Below are positions 26,021 through 37,058 of a stretch of 64,000 nucleotides of DNA, one piece after another. Each line of letters starts with the position of its first letter. The first letter of the stretch is position 1. Under the pieces are notes generated by a model, which worked only from the letters and a program-made list of their open reading frames with translations, was not told the DNA's origin and did not search any database. Made by a program: the position numbers and the translations under genes. The stretch is from Ostrea edulis (lineage: Eukaryota), in NCBI RefSeq assembly GCF_947568905.1, contig NC_079172.1, forward strand, positions 67,704,001 through 67,768,000, given 5' to 3'.

Positions 26021-29000
26021 GCGAACTCTAGGCAAGCGGACGTGTATTGAAATGCGCAGCATTGTAGCCGTTGTATTTGTCGAGTTTTTGTAAGTTGTTC
26101 TGGTTATTTGTTAATGTATGTGTTTCTAAGTGTTTTTCCGGTGTTTTCGTTTATAGGAAATCACTTTAGTTTGATTATTCAGTCGTATGTAAGACAATCG
26201 GAGAGTAATGAATAGGAAGAACTAGATGGTTTGTCACAATGAATAAAATGTATACGGGGAATATCAAAATCTCGTGTTAGACACGTTGATACTAAGATGC
26301 ATGCCATCTATCCTTCTGTGTTGAGTAAACCAGAAGGGATAAAAGAATTAGATTGCATGAAGACAATGTACTGCGTGTACAGTGTAACAACAATGTCTCT
26401 GTAAGGTTCATGAATTACTGCGACTGTATTTTTAATTCTATAACCTTTAATTCTATAAATTTTAATTCTATAACCTTTAATTCTATATTTGGTATTCCAA
26501 ATCAGACTCTTAAGTTCCCTTTCAAAAGGTGAAATTCTTGAAAATCGAGTTTCAGTTTTAAACATACTTAATATCCCAGTCAGTAGTAAGAAAAGAACGA
26601 TTATGAGTTACCGTACCTATACTGGATTCCAAAACTTCACAAAACACTAACAAATAAAGATACGTCACAGGGTTCAGTTCTACCGAGCCCCTATCTTTCC
26701 TTCTCATCAAACATATTAACTGCTGTGAAGGAGAAACTTCCAACGTATTGTGCCATAACAGATGCGAGAAACGGTGTGACTAGATTGTCCATATAACCTA
26801 TCAGTGGGTCAAATGCTGTTTAACGTGTTTCATACCGATTGTTAGGCCGTTCTTGGTACACTGATTTTGACTACTTGTTTCCCTCTATACTAATCTGATA
26901 CGATGATATACTAACAATCCTATATATCCGTCATGTACATATAGAATATCACACTCTAATGTTGATCTCGGACCTGGGATTGGCCCCGAGAGTTGATATC
27001 GGCCCGAGCCCGTAGGGCGAGGGCCGAGATCACTTGAGGGGCAATCCCAGGTCCGAGATCAACATTAGAGTGTGATATTGTTTATATCATATACCTAAAA
27101 CACAACAAGTTGATAAACATTTTTTTTTAAATTGGGGGGGGGGGGGGGATTGACCCAAACATAAATACATGGTATACTGTACAACGATATTTGACTATTT
27201 TATTCCTTCAGTGAGTTTACTTTAATGGTTATGTTTCCAGTACTATTGGCATTGTGAAACATGCTAAAGTCTGGGTTTTGTAACTTTATTCCACTGCTGG
27301 TCACAATAATTGGATGATTAATCATGGACATCCCCTCATGTGGTCTAGAATCTGGACGTTTCAATTAACTGAACTGCTTAGCTGAGAAACTCGTCATATC
27401 TATCGCTGTGCTGTTCATGTACATGTATATACTATTAAGCAGCTCCTAGGGGCTTGCTAATGAATACTAAAATTGGAAATAAGTGAATTATTTTTATTTC
27501 TTTTTTCGGATTTACCAAACTCGCCCGTTTTCATTATTTCATATCATTTGTAAGAGTTGTAGAACTTTGTTTACGTGGCGTCATCGTATGAACGGGAATG
27601 TTTACAGATCTGATGCTGCTATTTATTTGCTTAGGGAATGTTACCTTATACTGAACTAAGTTTTTTTTTTTACCGTTTCCCATCTATTTAGCATCTATAA
27701 GTCGTTGAAAAACGTCGGAAGATATTGGTTCTGCTTTTCTCGTTTTATTGCCAAGTCCTCGGGATTTTAGATTTCAGAAATCGTTTTAAAGCAGTTTTCT
27801 ACATCAAAATTACCGTAAATTAACATTTTGATCTCCATTAGGACCGGGAATTTCTAATCATGCTTTAGTATCACCTTCCATAATCCTCCTACTGTTTTCT
27901 GTCGCCTAGAACGTTGATTGTTTTTAAATGAAGTTAAACGTGTTATTGTTCTAAATAAACAATTGTTACTTGGGTTACCCCCCTTTGCTTAGATACTCGC
28001 TACAATTTAGCGCTGTTTTTGAAAACGTTTTTATTTAATTTTTCTGCTTAAATTAAATTTTGTCGTGGAAGAAAGTATAATATATTTTAAAAAAAATTGT
28101 GTCCAACATCATTTTTTCATGTAGTTATGTTAGATTTCAAAAGATTAAAGAAGAAATAGCCATTTGAAATTTGAGGGCGAGACAGCCCCTTGACAACGGG
28201 CCGAGACAGAGATATCTCGGCCCTTAGGGCGAGACAACCCTACCTACTTGCAGCTGTATCACCCTAGCCAAGATAGGTGTATCAGGGCTGATACACTACT
28301 AGGTATATGATATAGCTATTTGTTGTGTCTCTATAATAATCTGATACGATGACTTACTAACAATCCTATATATCCGTCATGTACAGCTATTTGTTGTGTC
28401 TCTATAATAATCTGATACGATGACTTACTAACAATCCTATATAGCCGTCATGTAAAGCTAGTTTCTGTGTCTCTATAATAATCTGATACAATGATATACT
28501 CACAATCCTATATAATCCCCGTCCTGGACAGCTATTTGTTGTGCTGCTGCAATAGGTTCTGGTTTGACGGTGCTAATATCTCCAGCTGAATAAAATATTG
28601 GTCTGTGTTAATTTATGTTACATACATGATATAATCTATAATTCATGAAGTGATATGAAAGATAGCAACTGAAAAACTGTAAGTGACAGTCATTGGATCA
28701 TACATGTATTATCTAGGAAGAAAAACATTTTACATTGTACTTTTTTGTGTTTTGGAAGGACAGAGTGAATCCCCTAGGTTACCGGATATGGTTATACAAA
28801 TAATACAAATCCTAAACCTTTTGATTGTCATTTCTATACACAACAACTTTCAAGTAATACCTGAAAGTCTCACGTTGTACAATAGAATATTTCAAGTTAC
28901 GAAATCTAACGTATCAAAACATCCTAGATATATAACAACATCGTCTTCTCTCTTACACCAATATCAAATTATTCCTTCATGTATACAGTAGGAAATTCTA

Positions 29001-29508
29001 GATTAAAGTCTATATCAGAGAATATCAGACCTACCAACAACAGTTATTGCGTTCACACCAACCAAAGTCCATGTTCCTGAAACGTTTCGCCATACTTCAG
29101 CATACAGGGTTCCAGTGGTAGCGATATCGATATCCCACTGTGTCACGAAACCACAGCAGGAGATTTTATAGTCATCGTCAGTGGTTTGTAGCAGAAATGT
29201 TGTCCCTACAGCAATGAATTCATGTAAAAATAAATCACTATTTCTTTTTTATCTATTGCACATGTATAACGATTCTCAAAACACATTTGTGAACCAGAAT
29301 AGACAGATTGATATGCTCATCAATTATAATTTATCCCTAAATAACGGAGAAGTTTCCATAATATGCATGTACCACCGATTTATGTACATGCACTTTGAAA
29401 CTTGAAGAATGTCGTGTTTATTGTAGACTTGCTTACCAGTTAACACGGTTTCTGTATTGTCAACAGTAGGGTTTTTACCGGCCGTCTGCCCGGCGGTACA
29501 TTGACCTT
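13860..29508 (-). CDS. Cadherin-like type I membrane protein (N-terminal unnamed domain, 6 cadherin-like repeats, TM helix), 14 exons traced
   Basis: Exons 29437-29508, 29035-29205, 28504-28585, 25691-25869, 22432-22605, 20772-20887, 19946-20126, 19630-19791, 19205-19348, 18977-19099, 18074-18256, 16852-17042, 14525-14879 and 13860-14256 all have AG/GT boundaries and join in frame without stops. Cadherin motifs: ATDP, LDYDT, IDFET, VSDG, NQNEAPAF, NINDNTPTF, ATDGD. TM: MAWFVACMALLLGLLSFITYLVV. Start and terminal exons unresolved. Confidence 0.88.
14525..14879 (-). CDS. Cadherin-like exon (EC5 to EC6)
   Basis: AGSSIGTPPFSVSDPDTG...DYDVD...VSDGELTDTATLNVNIDNINDNTPTF...ATDGDIGTF; ag/gt, phase 0 to 1. 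Confidence 0.9.
16852..17042 (-). CDS. Cadherin-like exon (EC4 to EC5)
   Basis: GAIKTTSTNIDFETVGTTTFLLTAYVSDGQASVSGTVTISITNQNEAPAF...EGL; ag/gtacgt, phase 1 to 0. Confidence 0.9.
17285..18024. repeat. 42-bp intronic minisatellite, about 17.5 copies
   Basis: Unit ATTGATAATCCAATACAGTGCTCTATTGTCATGACATCATGA, near-identical copies; produces the repetitive 241-aa ORF. Confidence 0.95.
18074..18256 (-). CDS. Cadherin-like exon (EC4)
   Basis: DVNTPPLVTNLPTTVSVPENTAASTTIFTVTKSDINSLD...YFTIDSS; ag/gtaagt, phase 1-1. Confidence 0.9.
18977..19099 (-). CDS. Cadherin-like exon (EC3 second half)
   Basis: SGAILVDKTLAGLNDTAYDMYIYVYDGHTLVGPRSLTVKIT; tttgtag/gtcagt, phase 1-1. Confidence 0.88.
19205..19348 (-). 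CDS. Cadherin-like exon (EC3 first half)
   Basis: ANSVDVASSGASIGTTVFTVTSTDQENDQLFYNMTCTPVTCPFKIYD; acag/gtgatt, phase 1-1. Confidence 0.85.
19630..19791 (-). CDS. Cadherin-like exon (EC2 second half)
   Basis: YAISLRAGAGLDYDTEKTYTVNVNCTDTKETTSGTFTIYVLRNQPPVITNLPS; ttcag/gtacgt. Confidence 0.9.
19946..20126 (-). CDS. Cadherin-like exon (EC2 first half)
   Basis: PPVINNLPASVEVSEDVSVETQLIVLDVTDASLADTVTCTITSV...; ctccag/gtaagc, phase 0 to 1. Confidence 0.9.
20772..20887 (-). CDS. Cadherin-like exon (EC1 second half; absent from the ORF track)
   Basis: ttctttgcag|GT GTC CTT...: VLSTVSQLPIGNTVFVFRATDLCGNFADHTFTLTVTNF|gtaagt; bridges phase 1 to 0 exactly as the flanking exons require. Confidence 0.85.
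21468..21934. repeat. 41-bp intronic minisatellite, about 11 copies
   Basis: Unit ATTAAGGTATTTTGTTACCATATTTACCGGTATATCATT(A/G)G. Confidence 0.95.
21935..22183 (-). mobile_element. tRNA-SINE 3' portion inserted at the end of the 41-bp array
   Basis: SINE body with (CCAA)n tail; ATTAAGGT on both sides (about 21928 and 22186) looks like a target-site duplication. Confidence 0.8.
22432..22605 (-). CDS. Cadherin-like exon (EC1 first half; absent from the ORF track)
   Basis: GAVPTFAAGLDTTKAVTNDTTVGTTLLTVVATDPGDTLTLSLQSATPANAAVSFDPTT; cacag/gttcgt, phase 1-1. Confidence 0.85.
22826..23370 (+). mobile_element. tRNA-SINE whose tRNA head is split by a MITE
   Basis: CCGGTCGCGGTAGCTCAGTGGCAGAGCGTTCGCTTCGTAACC, insertion, then AGAGGTCGTGAGTTCGAGCC; ends CAATCAATCAAT. 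Confidence 0.8.
22868..23106. mobile_element. About 240-bp MITE
   Basis: TIRs TGGCCTGGAGGTTATAAAAC / GTTTTATAACCTCCAGGCCA; internal (ACTC/GAGT)-rich subterminal motifs; TSD not clear. Confidence 0.75.
24966..25132 (-). mobile_element. Fragment of the abundant retroelement 3'-end family
   Basis: Reverse complement of the CCTGATCCCACCTCTGGTAT...CCGTGTTTGCCCAACTCT...CACTGTTCGTTATCTTCACC segment seen at 32350-32465. Confidence 0.65.
25244..25287 (+). ncRNA. Type I hammerhead ribozyme motif (family A)
   Basis: GCATCA-CTGAAGA-GAC[ATTGTTT]GTC-GAAA-TGTGCA-TC-TGGTGC; intact core, stem I GCATCA/TGGTGC; within a partial repeat copy at about 25196-25316. Confidence 0.8.
25691..25869 (-). CDS. Cadherin-like gene exon (N-terminal domain, end)
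   Basis: KSSGNTIVAYDKTNNGVGSSSEEVQFSTT...TETNIEFGLKATLGP; ctcttgtag/gtaaaa, phase 2 to 1. Confidence 0.78.
26939..28314. mobile_element. Non-autonomous foldback element with a large terminal hairpin (class uncertain; Crypton- or Helentron-type possible)
   Basis: Perfect 38-bp inverted arms 26945-26982 and 27042-27079; 15-bp inverted pair 27083-27097 and 28300-28314; small hairpin GTGTATCAG/CTGATACAC at about 28277-28297; interrupts a 71-bp repeat array. Confidence 0.65.
28313..28545. repeat. 71-bp minisatellite (about 3 copies plus one displaced copy at about 26885-26938)
   Basis: Unit CAGCTATTTGTTGTGTCTCTATAATAATCTGATACGATGACTTACTAACAATCCTATATATCCGTCATGTA; period 71 (28324, 28395, 28466). 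Confidence 0.85.
28504..28585 (-). CDS. Cadherin-like gene exon (N-terminal domain)
   Basis: AGDISTVKPEPIAAAQQIAVQDGDYIG(F); tttattcag/gtgagt, phase 1 to 2, matching both neighbours. Confidence 0.8.
29035..29205 (-). CDS. Cadherin-like gene exon (N-terminal domain)
   Basis: GTTFLLQTTDDDYKISCCGFVTQWDIDIATTGTLYAEVWRNVSGTWTLVGVNAITVV; tgtag/gtaggt, phase 1-1. Confidence 0.8.
29437..29508 (-). CDS. Cadherin-like gene exon (near N-terminus)
   Basis: EGQCTAGQTAGKNPTVDNTETVLT; tttttgttgcag/gtaagc, phase 1-1. Confidence 0.72.
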
Positions 29509-30189
29509 CTGCAACAAAAATATCCATCAATGTATATATCTCATTCACACGTCGTTAAGTTTGTAGTCTACAAAACGGATATTACATGCCATAGGATTTT
29601 ATAAAACATGATTTATCTCTAAAACGAAATCCTCCATCAACCGCAGATCGAACATTCCTCTACGTCAAGAAAAGAAGACCTTCAAAATTCCTAATTAACA
29701 ATTATGCATGTATTTGACAATCTTTATATTTCCAATGTTTATATCATCGATATCTTTACCTAAATGAAATGAGGGTCATTTCCTCGTAAATGTGAAGAGT
29801 GTGCGCACCACGGTATGGATCTTGATCAATGTAGTACGACTATTTTAACGACCAGAATATTCCGACTGGAATGAAAGTAATTGTTAATCTAAAAACTAAA
29901 TTTTATTTCATGAGGTATGTTGGCGTAAAGCGTAGCAGCTCATACTCTCGTGTATTTTTAAAACTGAAATTCATTTCTTAAACATTCCCGATAAGGGAGT
30001 GGCCATTTTGCATCAATCTGTACCCAGAGTTATCGTTCCTTACACTCGATACATACAATATTATTCCACATGTAAATCCACCTTTTTTACGGTTAATAAA
30101 ATTATGAACTACTTTATGATATATCAGGAAAATGTAGGACAAGCAACTATTTGTAGTTTTTTCCCCATTACTATGCATTCTTCATGTAC

Positions 30190-30340
30190 CTATGTATAGG
30201 CCTGGTGCAATGGAATTACCCAATATCTGCGATTCAACCCAAATCAATGCTTCTTGTGTCACAGGCCTCATCGGTGAGAACGGTTCAGAATTACGGCAAA
30301 TAATGAACCAGATGTTCGGGTGGATTAAACCCAGATTCAT
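30190..30340 (-). CDS. Possible first coding exon of the cadherin-like gene (tentative)
   Basis: ATG-initiated 50-codon open frame (MNLGLIHPNIWFII...PGLYI) ending G|gtacat in phase 1, compatible with the next exon; no convincing signal peptide. Confidence 0.3.
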
Positions 30341-31949
30341 TCAATTCAATTCTTTATTGTCCTTGAGTTATACAACTCATCGGAATACATCTAGTACATG
30401 TACATTTATATACACAATATATTAGTCTAGTCAATCTAGCAAATCACCTCAAAGTAATTGCAACAGAAACAAACTCGACGGAATTTAATAAACAAAAGCG
30501 TGATTAACAACATACAAAAAATCGGACAAAATCGGACAATGGGAAATATTTAAAATTTAGACTTAAATGTTGTAGTAAACCATCGATATTTTGTGATGTT
30601 TACGGCACGCCGTACACGTAAAGGGGAGTAACTTAACTGTGACAGTCATCGGAATAAAGTTATACACGACGATCTAAAGTGCATGTAATAAAAAACGCGA
30701 TTAAACAGCTTAACAGTTGTATTAAAAAGGTGATTTTAAGACCTTCTATATACATACAATATTGCTCAACATCTCATATTCTTTGCCGACTTCCATTCCC
30801 GGGGAACTTTCGCGAATAAAGCTTCAAAATATTTTGTTTGACCCTCTACTGAATTAATTTTAATTATAAAACACAATATTTACTTTAGAAGTTATGAATA
30901 ATCAATTATAAATGAAATCTTAAAGAATTAGTGTCAATTTACAAGGGGGAATTACGTTTGTTAAAAAAGAAAGTATGGAAAGCCATTCGGGTTAAAAGTT
31001 TCAGTTATTTTGTATCTTCATCATTTGAGCAAGCGTTTTGTATTAAAAACTTTTATAAAACTAAGTAAGTAAAGTATTTTTGCTTTTCTTTTTCAAATTC
31101 AGGTTTGGGGAGTCATTCATGGGTAATAATAATGATAATAAAACATTGATAATATAAATAATAAAAATCAATGTAAGTAAACACTTGCGCATAGTATCAT
31201 GATTTGATGTAAAATCGAGTAGTTGCTCTTTCTAATTAGTCTTGGGCTCACGACCTGTGGAACCACATCTAGCAGCATGCGAACAGCGCGCTAGACCGCC
31301 TGGCCATCTATTCAAGACAAAACTTGTTTTCGATGACGATGGAATTCTCGCCACGCTGGCACACGATCATTGAGAATGGAAATGGGATACAGTTATTTAT
31401 CGTAAATTTTAGAGGATCATACAAAATGCACATTGTGTTTGAAATGTCTATATATAAAGCACAGATATAGCAACGAACTCTGGAATAAACATAACTGCCC
31501 TAAGGGACGAAATCAATGTCGGATGAAAATTTAAATTCAATTAGTTAGGGGGAGGGGAATAAAAAAAACCGCAAGTTTCTGTCATCCGACATGGATTACA
31601 CTTTAGTGGAAAAAGGAAAAAGACAAGCGACTGTTGAATACCACATAATATCTAAAACATACATGTATTAATGAACATTTAATAGATTTAATGTACACTT
31701 TCATTTGTGAATAAACAGTAGAAAAGGTATACAGAGGTATACAGAGTGTTATTTATAATCGTACGTTTCTTTTCTTGTTATTCGATTAGTTTCAACATTT
31801 GTCATATTAAGTTTTAAAGGGGAGGGGGGGTTCTTGGTGAAAACTATGTGAACTTAGTTTTTTGTGAGACATTGAATTTTTTATCTTGCCCCTAACTGAA
31901 GAATATCGTTAAAACCAGACGTCTTTTTAGGAAACAAAGTTTGTCAATC

Positions 31950-32465
31950 CTTGCCCTTTCTACATGCATTCACAGGATGCGACACAACGTCAAAAATGTT
32001 CGGCATCGGAACAGGTCCTGTATAGTCAAAATGTAGACAAATCGCGAAAAAATTCTGTATATGATTAGTTTTTAAATGGAGGCAGGCTACTGACAAACAA
32101 GTTGATGGTGAAGGGGTTTCAACTGTTTCGTTTAAAGTCAGCATTTCGCGAATTATATGGTCGTTATAGCAATCTACTTTGCCAATACAACCTATCATTG
32201 GGTCAAATCTGTCTGACTTGTTTCATATAGATTGTTAGGCCGTTTTTGGCACAATGATATTGAATAAGGGTAACTCCGTTTGCCTTATTAAGATATAGAG
32301 CTCACGGCGGGTGTGACCGGTCAACAGGGGTGCTTACTCCCTATGGACCATAGGCACCTGATCCCACTTCTGGTATATCCAGGGGTCCGTGTTTGCCCAT
32401 CTCTCTATTTTGTATTGCTTATAGGAGTTACGAGATGGATCACTGTTCGTTATCTTCACCTTCCT
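31950..32465 (+). mobile_element. Longest copy of an abundant non-LTR retroelement 3' end (Penelope-like RT C-terminus suspected)
   Basis: Degenerate frame resembling GRLLTNKLMVKGFQLFRLKSAFRELYGRYSNLLCQYNLSLGQI, followed by a 3' UTR shared with about 10 fragments in the window (9.3, 15.4, 20.6, 25.0, 26.8, 41.5, 48.4, 58.9, 63.3 kb). Family assignment is inference. Confidence 0.55.
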
Positions 32466-34479
32466 ATATGAGGATTTCACAGAGAAAAAGATATATTCTG
32501 GTGTCGATGTCATATCGACTTTGTACGATGGAATACCATAGAGACACTTATAGGAGATTTGCTTTGTGAAGAATTGTCTAACACAATATCATTTTATAAG
32601 TTCAGTCACTGCCACTAACTACTAACTACAGCTGCAGAAAAGGAGCACTGCAAGAATTTTTTAAGTCATAGAGTGGACTAAAGAAATGATTAATTTGGAT
32701 CCTTCGAATTAGGACTTATCACTGCTTTCAGCAATTCTTGTATCCGTTAAAACTAAATTACAAGTCGCGCCAGATAAACTTTTGAACGTTTTTCGCTGTC
32801 ATTAATGCAAGGCAAATTGTGACACTAACCGTTGTACTTGTAAAAACATGGACTGAACTGTACTGCAATTACTCAAATGATCACTCATATAATTATCAGG
32901 CACGTAGCAATAATGGCTCTACACCTTTTATCATTACATGCAAAGTTGATAAATTTTTACGTACAAAGGTCGATTTTTAGACAGATTGGTTGCCCTTCCT
33001 CCTCTTTTTTTTTTAAAAAAAATAGCATTGTCGTGAACTGTACACAGTGGAAGTGTAAAATTGAACTGAGAGAACAACCTTAGCCCCCCCCCCCCCCCCC
33101 CCACCACCACCACCACCACCACCACACACACCATCAAGGATTTTTTATAACTTTGGATTAAAATTTACGTGTCAATTTTCAGGCAATATTGTGAAATTAT
33201 CTTCACACCCCCCCCCCTTTTTATTTTACGATGCTGCGTGCCTGATTCATTTTGCTTTTAATTCTATGTGTCCATTGTTTTTAAAACAGATTACTCCTGA
33301 AATTCTCGGTATTAATTGCACAATAATTTGGATAGAACTAAACATCAAATACGGCTATAACCCCCCCCCCCCCCCCCCCCCCCCATCTTTCCCAAACTCT
33401 AGAACTTGACGAAGTGCACGTATTAAAGATTTCCTTATAAAATCGAAGAAACTGAACCTTGTTTCGTCATAGATGTAGTACAAACTGTTAAAACTCAGCT
33501 TAATAAAGAATTTGGTAACGTAAGCTTTACTATACACTGTTTGTTTTAAAATACTACATGTATTTATGTGAAACATAGGACCGGAATGGTAAGCGCGCCT
33601 CCAACTTCCGATGTAAGGGGAGTAACTGCAAAAATGTAGGTCATCTTTTACAGACCATTTTTGAAGGGGCACTTGTTTTGTGTTAACAGTTTATTTTAAT
33701 GTATAAATCTTCATGTGGTAACTCAAATATGCCTAATGGACAGGAAAAAGTATTTTCTTCCAAAATCCAGTTTTTAACGATTTTTGTTGGAAAATGAAGA
33801 TTTCAGCCCAAAATTCGGCAAGGGAAAATAAATTTTGGTGCAGAAAAGTTTAGTTGTGGATTTGGACGTTTTATTCTTAAATTTATATGATCACTGTCAT
33901 ATCTTCTATAAAACAGTCATTTCCTATCATTTCCAGTTTTTCACTATTTTTGTTTTAGAAAAAGGTAGGTTTTCCTACCTAAAATGGTATTTTTCATATA
34001 TATTGCCAATAATCTATATATCTTACTTGTTGAACAGTTTTTAAAATAAATCCTAACTTCAATTTTTTATTGGTAGACTCAAATGTATGACAAAATGTGG
34101 GTTTTCTTCTTAAAATTTCAATCTTTAACAATTATATTCAAAAAAGCAAGATTTTACCCAAAAATTACAGTCAAGGAAAGAATATATTCTGCTGTAAAAA
34201 AAATTAATCGAACATTTCCAGGTTGAAATTTGAGATATGAAACTTATTTTTACTGTATGTTACATAAAATGGACATTTTCTTAAATTTCCAGTTTTTAGC
34301 GATTTTCATGAAAAAACACATCCTTTTACCCCAAAATTCCAATTTTCCCATGGAAATACAAAAGCCGATTTTTAATATGTTGTTTGCATGTGTTTTCTTG
34401 CATGAATAATCAAAATTTCATTTCTGTTGCAATTAGTTTGAGGTTTTGCTCATTTTTGAGCTAGATTGACTAGACTATA

Positions 34480-36560
34480 TCTAATAGTATAAGATAAATG
34501 TTCTTGTGTGAAATGATGACATGTTATCTGGATCCATTGGACAGGTTTCATCTTGTATAAAGTTTTGATTAGAAGAGAACAAATTGTCAGAAACGTCCTT
34601 AATCCTATCCTGTATTATAATGCATTATTCATTTTAATTGATCTACATGTACAATGTATTAAAAACTACCTTCTCTAGCCATGTTATATTCACTGATTCA
34701 TCTGTTGACCAAATCTAAGAGAGTCCACAGTCATTCAGTGTAGATTTGATGAGATTACATCAAGAGTAGTCATGTTGCTTTAGAGCGTGAAATACCTTCC
34801 ATGATAAGTTATCATCTTGTGAAACATTTAATTTACACCAAGAGTTTATCATTCGTACTTTTATATTAACTGCGATAGGGTATCTACCTAGTTCGCCATC
34901 CATCATAAGATTTGGTGTAGATGATTTTAGAAAAATTTGCAAAATTTTAAATGAAATTTTTCAATTAATGGGTATTGTTTGTAAGCCTATATTTCACATC
35001 CATACAAAAACAAGCTTGACAATCTAATCAAACATATTTAATCTGCAATCAATACAAAGGTTGTGCTTTCTATATTTTGGCACCATACATAGCTTTTGTT
35101 GCTTTTTGAAATAACTTTGATATTTGAGCTAAATGAACCCTTTGTACAAAATAGCACACCAAGGTATTTAGAATTGTCTACAATTTCTAAAAATTCACCA
35201 CCAAGCGTAAACCGGTCGTCTGTATTAAAAGTCTTTTTTTTTTAAATACAACCTTAATTTTGTTGATATTAAACTTTGAATGCCAACGTTTGCGATAATC
35301 TTTTAAATCTTCAAGTTGGTATTGTAAGATTGTATCGTCAGCATATAGTCAAAGATGAAGCAACTGAAGATACAGAACAAACTCTTTTTCTACTTTTGTA
35401 GAAATAAACATGATAAACCTTTTACTTGATTGGAATAAATAAAGTTTTCAAGACGATTTAGATATATCGCAAATAGAAATGGGGATAGATATTCCCCTTG
35501 TCTGACCCCCATCGTATAGGGGAATGATATAACTCTTGACTTAATGTTATTGTACAGTTGTGTTCTCACATTGAAACATTTTGTCATCTATAGTACTCAG
35601 TAATATTTTGTTGCAAAGTCCTAGACACCAGACAGTCAAATGCCTTTTCAAAAACAATACAAGCACACTACCACGTGTTTCTGTGATATTTTGACATTTC
35701 AATCAATATGTATAAGGTAAATATATGATCTATGGTAGAGTATGTTTTCCTAAATCCAGCGAGCGCTTGATTTTCTAGAATAAGTTGAGCCGTATTTGGA
35801 TATTGATTTAGCCTATTGTTCAAGATTGAGGTGAAAAGTTTACACAAACAGTTGATGAAACTAACAGGTCTATCATTTTTGGGTTCTCTGTTATCGCCTT
35901 TGTTTTTATACATTGGAATAATATTACCAACTGTCCATTGGGAAGGTATGATCCCTGAATTAAAAATTTTATTGAGCAATATGACCTAAAGATTGACATA
36001 ACATTTCCAGTGGATGTTATGTGTTCATGAACAATTCCGTCATAACCACAAGATTTATTATTTTTCAAATATCTAATACATTTTGTAACTTCTTCAAGCG
36101 TAATTGGTTGATTAATGCTCTTGTTAAATCTTAAGTTTGACAATTTCCAATTCTCCTTCAGACATTTCATCACAGTCATCGATTAATTCTGTGTTACAGC
36201 ATTCTTTATAAAATATGATTTGATTTTTTCCCCCATTTTATTCAGGTATAAAATATCATAGAATGTCATGATTGTAAATTTAAAATAACAAATTGAAACC
36301 TGGCATAATCTATAGCGCTATGCTATAAATCAACATTACAACACTTATTAATAAATCCAGAGTTTAAAATTCCAATCTTCTTTTGGGTTGTAAGATTTTA
36401 AATATTGTAATTTCTTTTTCATATCTCCTCTATGACTACTTTGAGCAGCTTTTAATTTTCGTTGATGCAATCTTTCTTTCTCATGTAGATCTTGTTTTAA
36501 AATGACACCACCAAATTGTTTGAACAATCTTATGTGAACTACGGATATGCAACCGGCCAA
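34480..36560 (-). mobile_element. Degenerate CR1/L2-like LINE ORF2 (RT)
   Basis: LKNNKSCGYDGI, NKIFNSGIIPSQWTVGNIIPMYKNKGD, RPVSFINCLCKLFTSILNNRL, GFRKTYSTIDHIFTL, GVRQGEYLSPFLFAIYLN, LYADDT; multiple frameshifts. Confidence 0.88.
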
Positions 36561-37058
36561 ACTAATTAAAATCCACCCGTAACGTCAATATTTTGTTCGA
36601 GCACTCCATTATTTTTCAGGAATGAAGCATTCGGAAAGTATTTCAACCTTTATATGTAAAAATGCTTCCAACGTAGAAAAAAGACATAATTTAAACAAAA
36701 TTAATAAATGCACAAATTTTAGTTTTTATTTGCGGTTACATTTACAGTGACATGTAGTTGATCCTCAGATTTGACAGATCCGCGACCTTTGTTATTGTAT
36801 CAGTGTCACTCTCGTTGTGTCCTTGGGGAATTTCACTCAGATTCCATTTTTGTGTCGTAGCTTTGCGTTTAAAATTCATAACTGTAATTACACCCCATTT
36901 CTTTTTCTCATTTAACACAATTTTTTTCCCTTCTATTTTTATTTTCATACAACTCTCACGCAACCACCTATATTACAAATATTATCTTTTATACTTATAT
37001 GTATGTGTATGCTGATCTATAGCTCTGATTATGTGTATGTTGTTCACCTTATATTTCA

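Noticed and set aside
33082-33384. Poly-C and (CCA)n tracts as regulatory G-quadruplexes
   Set aside because: Such homopolymers are scattered throughout the window and nothing links them to a promoter.
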